A DNA stretch of 64,000 nucleotides from an uncultured Chitinophaga sp. (GTDB lineage Bacteria > Bacteroidota > Bacteroidia > Chitinophagales > LD1): the NCBI GenBank assembly GCA_964615305.1, contig CAZTNA010000017.1, positions 400-64,399 on the forward strand. The letters are read 5' to 3'. Below, in pieces: positions 6,882-17,483 of this stretch. Each line of letters starts with the position of its first letter. The stretch's first letter is position 1. Both the position numbers and the translations under genes were made by a program. Under the pieces are notes generated by a model that was given only the letters and a program-made list of their open reading frames with translations, was not told where the DNA came from and did no database searches.

Positions 6882-8087
6882 ATGAAATTCATAAGCAAAC
6901 AAAGCGGAATTTTGTTTTTAGTTTCTGTTTCAGCCATGTTGTTGGCAGAAACACTTAAAGTATATTTCATTATGCCTTTGCCGGGCAGTCAATGGCAAAA
7001 CAACGTTGAACTTGCCTTTAACATTAACCAATTTATTTGGCCTGTTAGGCTAATTGCAGGGTCGATTGTTCTATTCACTTTTTTGTCTATCATCAAACAG
7101 GGTGTAGTTTGGAAACAAATTGGGGCCATTGTGCTATTGCTGGTAACCGGCACTGTTGTTTACCTAACCAATTTTGTAATGCTGGCAGAAAAAATGTTTT
7201 ACCAGCCAGATAAATTACTTATGTCCCCTGCATCTCAAAATTCTGTTGAAGGTAGTCGTTTAGTAATCGGTGTCGAACTAAATGGCGAAGCCAAAGCATA
7301 CCCAATCAGTTTTATCGGTTACCATCATCAGGTTCGCGATAACATAGCTGGCGAAGAAGTAATGATTACTTATTGCACAGTTTGCAGAACCGGCAGAGTA
7401 TATAAACCTGTGGTTAATGGTAAGTCGGAAACTTTCAGATTGGTTGGCATGGATCAGTTTAATGCCATGTTTGAAGATGCTACCACCAAAAGTTGGTGGC
7501 GGCAAGCTACGGGCGAATGTTGTGCGGGGCCTCTTAAAGGAAATAGATTGCCAGAGGTGCCATCACAACAAGTAACCTTAAGTGCTTGGCTGCAACTTTA
7601 CCCCAACTCTTTAATTATGCAGCCTGATTCAAAGTTCGAAAAACAGTATGCATCTATGACCGGGTATGATGACGGAAGCAGCAAAAGTGAATTGACAGGT
7701 ACCGACACATCTTCATGGCAAAAAAAATCGTGGGTTATTGGTATAGTAACTGACAATGGAGAAAAAATGTTTGACTGGAATAAACTTAAATCTGAGCGAG
7801 TAATTCACGATAAAGTAGGTGTAACACCCGTTGTGCTATTGTTCGGAAACGATGCACAGTCTTACTTTGTATTTGAATTGCCGGTTGTAGATGGATCTCC
7901 CTCACAGTTTACTGCTATTGACTCCTCTAACCAGTTTGCTGACAATGCCACCGCATCGTTATGGAATACGAAAGGAGAATGTGTAAGCGGTCAGCTTGTT
8001 GGCAATAAGCTAAAACCAGTTAGAGCATATCAAGAGTTTTATCATTCTTTTTCAACGTTTCATCCTAAGGCGGTAGGGGGTATGTAA
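6882..8087 (+). CDS. DUF3179-like membrane-anchored protein
   Basis: Several N-terminal hydrophobic helices are followed by a domain with AYPISF..HH and TYCTVCRTG, resembling the DUF3179 TYCPLC motif. Confidence 0.6.
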   Translation: MKFISKQSGILFLVSVSAMLLAETLKVYFIMPLPGSQWQNNVELAFNINQFIWPVRLIAGSIVLFTFLSIIKQGVVWKQIGAIVLLLVTGTVVYLTNFVMLAEKMFYQPDKLLMSPASQNSVEGSRLVIGVELNGEAKAYPISFIGYHHQVRDNIAGEEVMITYCTVCRTGRVYKPVVNGKSETFRLVGMDQFNAMFEDATTKSWWRQATGECCAGPLKGNRLPEVPSQQVTLSAWLQLYPNSLIMQPDSKFEKQYASMTGYDDGSSKSELTGTDTSSWQKKSWVIGIVTDNGEKMFDWNKLKSERVIHDKVGVTPVVLLFGNDAQSYFVFELPVVDGSPSQFTAIDSSNQFADNATASLWNTKGECVSGQLVGNKLKPVRAYQEFYHSFSTFHPKAVGGM

Positions 8088-8223
8088 CCCTGGTAATTTT
8101 ATTGAACCTAATGTATGGTCTATTACATCATACATTATAAGTTGTTTGTAGTAGAATAACTCTTTATAGTTACCGGTAATTGGAAGCAGAAAAAAAGGTA
8201 CTTTCGGCAAATAATTTAAGGCT

Positions 8224-9579
8224 ATGAATAAAATTTACGTGTTTTTATTTACCATCTTAGCTTACACGAGTAGTGCGCAAATCGAGTACACCGGTGATAA
8301 TTTACTAATGGTGTTGGGAAAAAACAAAACATCCTATGACTTTAAAGAGTTTAAAACTTATTGGCTCTTAGATAGTAAACTGGAAAGCAACTATGGCGGA
8401 GTTAAAATACTTTTGAATACCACCACTCAAACCGCTGACACACTTTTAATAGCCGGTGTCGATTTTACTTACAATGGAACAAAGTTTTATCCATATTCTT
8501 CGAAACTTCCCTGGGGAATAAAGATGAAGGACAAGTATTCGGAGATGAGTGCCAAAACTTCAGCAGGTCTTAAAGTAGCACAAGGTTATTTGTTTGAGTT
8601 TGTAGGTTACAGCATGTTGGTGAGCTACAACAGCAACTTTCAAATACGATGGATGAAGATATTTACCAATCAAAAACAACTTGAGGTTAAAATATCTGAT
8701 AAGCCTGCAATAGTAGAAAACAAGATATTTAACATAGAGCCCGTTAAGCCGGTTGTTGCAGAAAAACGGGAAGATGTTAGTAAAGCGAAAGCTGCAGCTG
8801 TTGAGGTTAAACCAGTGGATGTTGCCCAACACCCTAAGCAGGAAGAGATAAAAACTCCTGTTAAAGCAGAAGTAGTCAGTGCTCAACCAAAGCTAACAGA
8901 GTCAGCTAAACAGCCTGAACCAGCTAGAACTGAGATAAAAGTTGAGGTCATAAAAGAGGTAGTTCCTGAACCTGTTAGACCCGCAACACCAGACGTTGTA
9001 CCTGTAGTAAAGGAAACTGTTTCGGAAAAAGTAAAAGACACAACCGTTACTACGCTAAACGTAACTCCATCGGTTAAGGCAGACGTTGTCCATAAACCGG
9101 CACCTGTAAAGGATACTGTAAAGTTGGTTAATCGTACACCTTTCAATATGGCTATAATGAATGTGTTTTTTGCTTATGACGAATCTTCTTTTGAGAGCGT
9201 AAAAGGGCAGAAGTTAGATACTGCCAACTTCTGGGGATATAAGTTTGCTTTTAAAAGTAAGTTGAAAATACCCGGTGAGAAATACAGCATAGTTTATTGC
9301 TATCCACATGAGTCATCATCCGAAGACTTTAAAACTGTATTGCGGGAAGGAAATTTTGATAGCAGTTTTGGCTCTGGTTATAGTGAAATGGAAATGCGGC
9401 TTCGGCAAAACTTAACCTTTGAAGAGGGCTGGAGAGCAGTAAATTTACCCTCTAACGGAAAACCGATAAACCCCATTGAGTTTAAAAATCCTAAGTACGG
9501 CTCAGTAATTCTTGACTACGCTAAAAACCCTAAAGGGCAACACATGCTGCTATTACGCTATACCTTTTTAGTTGATTAA
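8224..9579 (+). CDS. secreted hypothetical protein with a central Pro/Glu/Val/Lys-rich low-complexity linker
   Basis: Signal peptide MNKIYVFLFTILAYTSSAQ. Residues about 170-300 are PEVK-like (KPVDVAQHPKQEEIKTPVKAEVV...). Confidence 0.7.
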   Translation: MNKIYVFLFTILAYTSSAQIEYTGDNLLMVLGKNKTSYDFKEFKTYWLLDSKLESNYGGVKILLNTTTQTADTLLIAGVDFTYNGTKFYPYSSKLPWGIKMKDKYSEMSAKTSAGLKVAQGYLFEFVGYSMLVSYNSNFQIRWMKIFTNQKQLEVKISDKPAIVENKIFNIEPVKPVVAEKREDVSKAKAAAVEVKPVDVAQHPKQEEIKTPVKAEVVSAQPKLTESAKQPEPARTEIKVEVIKEVVPEPVRPATPDVVPVVKETVSEKVKDTTVTTLNVTPSVKADVVHKPAPVKDTVKLVNRTPFNMAIMNVFFAYDESSFESVKGQKLDTANFWGYKFAFKSKLKIPGEKYSIVYCYPHESSSEDFKTVLREGNFDSSFGSGYSEMEMRLRQNLTFEEGWRAVNLPSNGKPINPIEFKNPKYGSVILDYAKNPKGQHMLLLRYTFLVD

Positions 9580-10202
9580 AAAGTGGTGGCAAAATTTTGT
9601 GTCGCCTTAAAGTAAATGACCCCATCATTGGGTTTATATTCAAAGAACACAGCACACCCCAGTTGGTTGTAATTCTTGTTTAACATTATTTTTTTATGTT
9701 GAGAAGAATGTAAGAAGTCATCTGCTATTACTTCGGCTACTTGTGCATACGTTGTGTTTCCGGGAAATGGAATGTGGTTGTAGTCTATGTTTTCTGCGGT
9801 GGCCGTTGAATTACTAAGAAATATTTCTATCCTGTTATCAGGAGTCCTGAGATCGCGAACTTTATGGTTGTAATGGTCAAAGAATTTTTTTTGAACCATT
9901 TGATAGCTATGCACCATAGCTGAATTACGCAGTCCATCGGCAAACTGTAAACACTGTATATGTTTTTTGTCTCGCATTCTATTTGTAGCAAAGAACAAAG
10001 ATGCGTTCAGCAAATGCTGATCGTAATTTTGAGGGTTAATCGGTTGATTAACTTCCTGCAGCTCAAAAAAACTCTTGTAGGTGTGATCTATATAAACTTG
10101 AGCCTTGTAATATGAATCAACATTAAAACGAGGCACTTCTTGCAGGTAATCATTCCCACTACTAAGCAATAACAAGATACTTGCTAAAATTATACCTTTC
10201 AT
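9576..10202 (-). CDS. CAP/SCP (PR-1-like) domain protein, secreted
   Basis: Signal peptide, then ..NASLFFATNRMR..L.F...L..SA..HS..M.. and HSSQHKKIMLNKNYNQLGCAV, typical of CAP-domain proteins. Its stop overlaps that of the convergent gene. Confidence 0.5.
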   Translation of the reverse strand: MKGIILASILLLLSSGNDYLQEVPRFNVDSYYKAQVYIDHTYKSFFELQEVNQPINPQNYDQHLLNASLFFATNRMRDKKHIQCLQFADGLRNSAMVHSYQMVQKKFFDHYNHKVRDLRTPDNRIEIFLSNSTATAENIDYNHIPFPGNTTYAQVAEVIADDFLHSSQHKKIMLNKNYNQLGCAVFFEYKPNDGVIYFKATQNFATTF

Positions 10203-10241
10203 ATTCTTTAATAAACGCCAATTCGGCTAAAATAGTATCAG

Positions 10242-10811
10242 ATGAATAAAGATATCTACCGTCAGATTTCAGTAATGCAAAAAGAAATTGAAGCAACACG
10301 CACTAAAATACTTGAGTTAAGAGGGCAGTTGCAGTTAGAGCCGATTAAGGATTATACACTAACAGATGTAAACGGTGAAACTGTTTTGTTGTCTTCGCTT
10401 TTCGATAGTCGTGACGAGTTAATGATAATACACAATATGGGAACGCGCTGCACCTACTGTACTATGTGGGCAGATGGGTTTAATGGTTTTTCGTTGCCAA
10501 TTAGTGATCGCGTGCCGTTTGTAGTGGTTTCGCCTGATAGTCCCGAAATTCAAAAAGAGTTTGCTACAAGCCGAGGATGGAAGTTTAAAATGTTAAGTGC
10601 TGGCGGCAGTTCGTTTATTGCAGACCTTGGTTTTGAACCAACTCCCGGTTCGTATTGGCCTGGGGTATCAGCGTTAATTAGAAAAGAACATCAAATTTAT
10701 CGAACTGCTTACGACCACTTTGGTCCCGGTGATTTTTACTGTTCTCCTTGGCACCTTTTTGATTTGTTTCCTAAAAGAGCTAACGAATGGCAACCAAAAT
10801 TCAACTATTAA
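10242..10811 (+). CDS. DUF899-like thioredoxin-fold protein
   Basis: The pattern LMIIHNMGTRCTYCTMWADGFNG ... RGWKFKMLSAGGSSF resembles the DUF899 family. Confidence 0.55.
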   Translation: MNKDIYRQISVMQKEIEATRTKILELRGQLQLEPIKDYTLTDVNGETVLLSSLFDSRDELMIIHNMGTRCTYCTMWADGFNGFSLPISDRVPFVVVSPDSPEIQKEFATSRGWKFKMLSAGGSSFIADLGFEPTPGSYWPGVSALIRKEHQIYRTAYDHFGPGDFYCSPWHLFDLFPKRANEWQPKFNY

Positions 10812-10871
10812 GTATGTAGAAAGGTAAACGCTGAGAATGATTCTCAACGTTTACCCAGGGGCTATTGATTT

Positions 10872-12863
<1,992 letters not shown>

Positions 12864-13037
12864 TTAAAATGCTGTTTTATAGAGTGAAAACACGCTATAA
12901 AAGAACGCGGGCGAATGTATAAAATAGCAACAGTTCAGTGAGTGTTTTTTTGCTATTTTATCCTCATTTACTTGAAGTTGTTGACATCTTTTAAAGGTGT
13001 GCGCTGTTCGGGTTAAATGCGGGCGTTAAAGCCAATG

Positions 13038-14651
13038 TTATGGATGGTTTAACATGCTCTCTGCCACTATATGAGCATTAGCCATTAACGATAGGGTAAG
13101 CCCTTTGCCGGGTAAATAGTTTATACCTGAGCCATCTGCGATATATACGTTTTGTGTATGGCCTAACCTGCCATTACGCATGATGTTAAAGCGTTCGTTT
13201 TTTTCAGAAAAAGGAAGCGTGCCTGCATAATGCACTCCTGAGCCATGTCCGGGATCTATTTTCTTTAATACGAAACAATTGAGCTGCCTGAGTGCTTTAG
13301 AGAATTTATGTTCGTTGTTTGCTACTTGGTGTTTTTCGGCATCGGTCAGCGAATAGCTTACTTTTAGGCAGTCGCCAATTTGGGTGGTATTGTCTTTTTC
13401 TAAGCTTAAAAATTTTTTTTCGCTTGCCCGCTCAGGATGAAATAAGCCCACAATAGTAAGAGCCGGCATCATGTACTGTAAGAATTTATACCCGGTTTTT
13501 ACTCCAAGCGGTGTTTCTTTTAAAATGTGAAACCCCATTAAAGAGCGATAGCTGTAAATAGATGCCATAGCAACATCCATATTTGTATTATCAGGGTCAT
13601 GAAACAATGAAAGCTGAGCGAACCCAATTTTTCGGGCATCGGTATCTTTACCGAGTAAAAAAGGTTGTATGGCCGGTAAGTAGCTATACGGATTTGATAT
13701 AACAGGCAACTTTACCCCATAGGCGTTAAATGAGCGTAATACAATGCGGGCAGTACTTAAACAACCGGCTGCCAGCGCCAACTTTTTGCAACGGAAAACT
13801 TGTATCTCGTTTGTGTATAATATTCTGCAGGTTACTTCTACTTCAGTTTCTTTTTCTTCAAAACTTACCACCAGTAGGTTTCCCTTATACTGAAAGTTAG
13901 GTTTGTGCTTTAGTTCGTCAATTGTAAATGCCGGCCTATATGCACTTTTATCGTTATCGTCATAAAAGTCGAGATCTTTATATTGGTAGGCCTTTCGGTT
14001 TGTTCTTTTTTTTGAGAGTAATGCTAAAGACGGCCTGCCCATATAAAAGCCCTGCTTATTAAGGTTGTTCTTTTTCTTTCGGTAGTTTTCGAGTAGGTTT
14101 TTTCCGTTACTATCCATGGCTATAGACGGTAATAAATTTTTTAGCGATGAAGCGGTATATCTTTCTGTATCGTCTTTAGAGCCACTTATGCCTATTCGGT
14201 CAGCTATAATTTCATAGGCTTCGCGCATTTTGTTTTTGCGTAGCCCGGTTTCCATTAATTCATTATCTGAAAAAACACAGCATCCTAAGCCCCATCCATT
14301 ACCTAACCCACCAAGAGCCAGAGATTCAAGCGGAAAAAAACTGGTTGATACCAACGGCATCCACTTGTTTACATCTTGCACCATATATTTTCGTGGAGGT
14401 GTTAAGTGCTCTCCGGTTTTCACATCACCAAACGGAATCCCTTCCAGGTTTTTTCCAATAAAATACTGGTATTGCTGCCGGTCTTCTTTTTTAATGCTTA
14501 AATAGTCTGCATCAGGTATTATATCTGCGTACGAGTTATTGGTTATACCTCCGTCCAGCATAAGTACTTGCACGCCTTTTTCTACCAAAGTTTGTGCTGC
14601 CATGGCTCCGGTACATCCGGATCCTACTACTATGTAATCGGCATATACCAC
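13038..14651 (-). CDS. FAD-dependent GMC-family oxidoreductase
   Basis: N-terminal dinucleotide-binding motif DYIVVGSGCTGAMAA...E.G..VLMLDGG. The size (537 aa) and C-terminal region GSGVHYAGT...ADGS are compatible with GMC oxidoreductases. Confidence 0.65.
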   Translation of the reverse strand: MVYADYIVVGSGCTGAMAAQTLVEKGVQVLMLDGGITNNSYADIIPDADYLSIKKEDRQQYQYFIGKNLEGIPFGDVKTGEHLTPPRKYMVQDVNKWMPLVSTSFFPLESLALGGLGNGWGLGCCVFSDNELMETGLRKNKMREAYEIIADRIGISGSKDDTERYTASSLKNLLPSIAMDSNGKNLLENYRKKKNNLNKQGFYMGRPSLALLSKKRTNRKAYQYKDLDFYDDNDKSAYRPAFTIDELKHKPNFQYKGNLLVVSFEEKETEVEVTCRILYTNEIQVFRCKKLALAAGCLSTARIVLRSFNAYGVKLPVISNPYSYLPAIQPFLLGKDTDARKIGFAQLSLFHDPDNTNMDVAMASIYSYRSLMGFHILKETPLGVKTGYKFLQYMMPALTIVGLFHPERASEKKFLSLEKDNTTQIGDCLKVSYSLTDAEKHQVANNEHKFSKALRQLNCFVLKKIDPGHGSGVHYAGTLPFSEKNERFNIMRNGRLGHTQNVYIADGSGINYLPGKGLTLSLMANAHIVAESMLNHP

Positions 14652-15031
14652 TAGTTAACTGAAATAATTATTAAACCTATAATAGCTTTACATCCTTCAC
14701 TCACAGCGGCAGCTGCCAGCACAAACAATTGAGAAACTGAAAACTGCTTTGGCTTAAAGTGCGAAAAATAAAGTGGGTTGGTTTCCAATATGGCAAATGC
14801 TGTTATCAAACGTCTTCGCAAAATGTGTTTTGGGAAAAACAGGGCAAGTGCGGCATCTATACATCCTATGCTCCATGTATTATTTAATACAAAACTCAAC
14901 AGTTTTTCTTCTTTGTTTGATAGTTGAATTTGTTTTGCTGCAATTTCATATAGACGTATAGACTGTTCGTCAGCGTCTTTTTGCAGTAAGTATTGGCAGT
15001 AGCATTGCATTTCGCGGGCACAGTTACTCAT
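14651..15031 (-). CDS. hypothetical small membrane protein (126 aa)
   Basis: Its stop overlaps the downstream ATG at 14651, so it looks operonic. Hydrophobic C-terminal half. No motif recognised. Confidence 0.5.
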   Translation of the reverse strand: MSNCAREMQCYCQYLLQKDADEQSIRLYEIAAKQIQLSNKEEKLLSFVLNNTWSIGCIDAALALFFPKHILRRRLITAFAILETNPLYFSHFKPKQFSVSQLFVLAAAAVSEGCKAIIGLIIISVN

Positions 15032-15036
15032 GTACG

Positions 15037-15372
15037 CTACTTACCTGTTTTTTGTTTAAGCAAGGCTAATTCTTGTGCCAGTGTTTTGTTTTGGTAATGA
15101 AGTTTGCTTACCGAAAGCGATAAGTGCAGTAAGTAAACTAATACAGCGAAAATTGCTCCTCCAAAAATTAGATTGGGAGGCGAGTAAACACCAAAGGTTT
15201 GCGCTAATACGTCTAATCCTCCTCGCCAAATCGAAAGCACTATAAGTGCCAACGAGCTAAGTATCCAGATGAATGCATACTCTTCGCGTAGTTTGCCTTT
15301 TTTTATTTGCCAAAAAACGTAAGCAAGAAATATTAAACTAAAGAGTGCAGAGTATAGTTGAAACCTTATCAT
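15037..15372 (-). CDS. DUF2304-like small membrane protein
   Basis: 111 aa with 3-4 TM helices and a C-terminal coiled segment, directly downstream of a GT2 gene. This is the usual DUF2304 context. Confidence 0.55.
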   Translation of the reverse strand: MIRFQLYSALFSLIFLAYVFWQIKKGKLREEYAFIWILSSLALIVLSIWRGGLDVLAQTFGVYSPPNLIFGGAIFAVLVYLLHLSLSVSKLHYQNKTLAQELALLKQKTGK

Positions 15373-15378
15373 AGTTAA

Positions 15379-16089
15379 TTATTGTCTTAGGTAAGTGAAA
15401 ATTATTGCAATAGTTACTTTAAACATGTAATACACTGCCCCCAAACCTCTTATGCTGCTTACGCCTCCCATACGAGGGTCCATTTCTACCGGCACTTCAC
15501 CAAACTTCAGTCCATTGCGGCTGTAAATGATTAGCGCTTCGGGTTCGGGGTACTCGTCAGGGTAATAAGCATACAGCAATTTCATTGTCTTGCGGTTCAT
15601 CATTCGCATACCGGACGTGCTATCCGTAACATTTTCGCCTGTTATTAGCTTCAATAGCCATTGAAAGTACTGTATGCCTGTTCTGCGCAATACGGTTGAT
15701 TGAAAACCTTCTTTTTGAATAAAGCGTGAGCCAATGACAACATCCCAGTTGTTTCGCTCCAGTTCTGTGTGTAGTTTCGGAATGTATTGTGGCGGGTGTT
15801 GCCCATCACCGTCAATTTGAATGGCGTAATCGTAATTATTGTCAAAGGCAAACTTAATTCCTGTTTGCACGGCTCCACCTATTCCTAAGTTAATAGGCAA
15901 GTTAAGCGCTACACAGTTCAAATTGGCAATAATTTCTTTGGTGCGGTCGCGGGAGCAGTCGTTTACTACTACAGGTGTTACAGATATACCATCTGCCTGT
16001 AGATTATTTACAGCTTTTACCACGGCCTCTATGCTTGCCTCTTCATTAAACGCTGGTATTATAACAGCTATCTTTTTCACAGTGCTCAT
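15379..16089 (-). CDS. family 2 glycosyltransferase (polyprenyl-phosphate sugar synthase-like)
   Basis: IAVIIPAFNEE...VVNDCSRD...QIDGDGQHPP are GT2/DPM1-like motifs. 236 aa. Confidence 0.8.
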   Translation of the reverse strand: MSTVKKIAVIIPAFNEEASIEAVVKAVNNLQADGISVTPVVVNDCSRDRTKEIIANLNCVALNLPINLGIGGAVQTGIKFAFDNNYDYAIQIDGDGQHPPQYIPKLHTELERNNWDVVIGSRFIQKEGFQSTVLRRTGIQYFQWLLKLITGENVTDSTSGMRMMNRKTMKLLYAYYPDEYPEPEALIIYSRNGLKFGEVPVEMDPRMGGVSSIRGLGAVYYMFKVTIAIIFTYLRQ

Positions 16090-16278
16090 GTGTGCGCTAA
16101 AAATAGAATCTTTTGTTGTTGCGCATATTCAATAAGCCATGAATCTATAAACTGTTTTGAACCGAAATCTTGTTGATCAGTATCAATAAAAATTGTCAAA
16201 TACATAATATAACTTGCTTCCGATTCGTTTTATATCAAATGCTTACGTATGAAACGAATAAAATTATTTACCCATCAA

Positions 16279-16884
16279 ATGATAAAAGTAGGAATTACCG
16301 GAGGCATAGGAAGCGGCAAAACTACCGTGTGCAAAATGTTTGAAAAATTAGGTGTAGCGGTGTATTATGCTGATGTAAGAGCTAAATACCTGATGCAGCA
16401 TGAACATTACCTGATTGATGAAATTAAGAAACACTTTGGCGAAGATGTGTACCAACATGGAGAACTCAACCGTAAGTTGCTTGCCCAAAAAGTATTTAAC
16501 CACCGCGAACAGTTAGACGTGCTTAACTCATTGGTACACCCGGCCGTGTTTCACGATACGGAACGATGGATGGAAGAGCAACAAAAGTTGTTACGCCCTT
16601 ACGTTTTAAAAGAAGCCGCGCTATTGGTGGAAACCGGAGCGTATAAATATTTAGATAAACTAATAGTGGTAACAGCCCCTATAAATGAGCGTATGGTAAG
16701 AGTTAGCCAACGCGACCATATAGAAGTGGAAGAGGTAAAGCAGCGGATTCGGCATCAGCTACCCGAAGCTGACAAGTTAAAACTTGCCGATTTTGTGATT
16801 AGTAATACAGGCACCATTCACCAACTGCAAAACCAGGTTGATAAACTACATGCCCGACTGCTTTCACTGGCTAACGTTCATTAG
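16279..16884 (+). CDS. coaE: dephospho-CoA kinase
   Basis: MIKVGITGGIGSGKTTV P-loop at the N-terminus, with CoaE-like length. The ORF is open from an upstream ATG at 16249, but 16279 fits the family N-terminus. Confidence 0.85.
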   Translation: MIKVGITGGIGSGKTTVCKMFEKLGVAVYYADVRAKYLMQHEHYLIDEIKKHFGEDVYQHGELNRKLLAQKVFNHREQLDVLNSLVHPAVFHDTERWMEEQQKLLRPYVLKEAALLVETGAYKYLDKLIVVTAPINERMVRVSQRDHIEVEEVKQRIRHQLPEADKLKLADFVISNTGTIHQLQNQVDKLHARLLSLANVH

Positions 16885-17062
16885 GAGCCGCGCATGTAAC
16901 GCTGTTCTTATTCAAGGTATATACTCCACGTAGCGGCAGTTCCGCTAGCCGCACCAGTTGCTAGCCCTTTTTCTTCCTGTATTTTCAGTAAAATCAAGTT
17001 TATGTACCGCCAAGTGGCAGTTATGTAATGATTACTATTCGTTGTTGAGCAGTTAGGAACGT

Positions 17063-17290
17063 TCATTTTTCAATAACAGCAATTTTACGGGCAGTAACAG
17101 CCACTTTATTAGCTACAAGAGCATCTTGTACATCTATAAGAGCAACAGGGGTTTCAATAACAGCTATATAGTATTCAATAACCGCAAAAGATTTTACTAT
17201 AACCGCAACAGCGTTTACAATAACAACAACTTTAGTTTCAATAACACCAAGTTTAGTTGCCATAACAGCAAGTATTTCCGTTATAGTCAA
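17063..17290 (-). CDS. possible small heptad-repeat protein (75 codons, TTG start) coincident with the 21-bp repeats
   Basis: It translates as MTITEIL AVMATKL GVIETKV VVIVNAV AVIVKSF AVIEYYI AVIETPV ALIDVQD ALVANKV AVTARKI AVIEK. Openness through a tandem repeat is weak evidence. It has a non-ATG start and I found no promoter box. Confidence 0.25.
   Translation of the reverse strand: MTITEILAVMATKLGVIETKVVVIVNAVAVIVKSFAVIEYYIAVIETPVALIDVQDALVANKVAVTARKIAVIEK
17069..17278. repeat. ten tandem 21-bp repeats (core TTCAATAACAGC)
   Basis: Hand alignment of consecutive 21-mers shows a conserved (t)tcAATAACaGC core in each unit and a variable 9-10 nt remainder. Confidence 0.85.
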
Positions 17291-17483
17291 CTGAGCGAGA
17301 ACTCATTTCCCCATCTCTTGCTTTTAATCTTTACTCGCGGTCTGCAATTATTTCCGCCCGTTTTCCCGTTTTTAGAACTTTCTGTCATTAGTTTTTATCA
17401 ACCGGCTGACAAATTGTAATCAATCAAGGCTTGGTTAGAGTTTTGTGAACATGAACACCACTTAGAAAACTCAAAACACCATT

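Noticed and set aside
17069-17278. CRISPR-array interpretation of the periodic repeat
   Set aside because: The period is only 21 bp with a conserved core of 9-12 nt and no spacer-sized unique segments. No cas genes are nearby.
17126-17419. 97-aa plus-strand ORF over the 21-bp repeat array
   Set aside because: It is N/Y/F/S-rich junk. It is open only because the repeat unit lacks stops in this frame, and it runs into the clpB upstream region.
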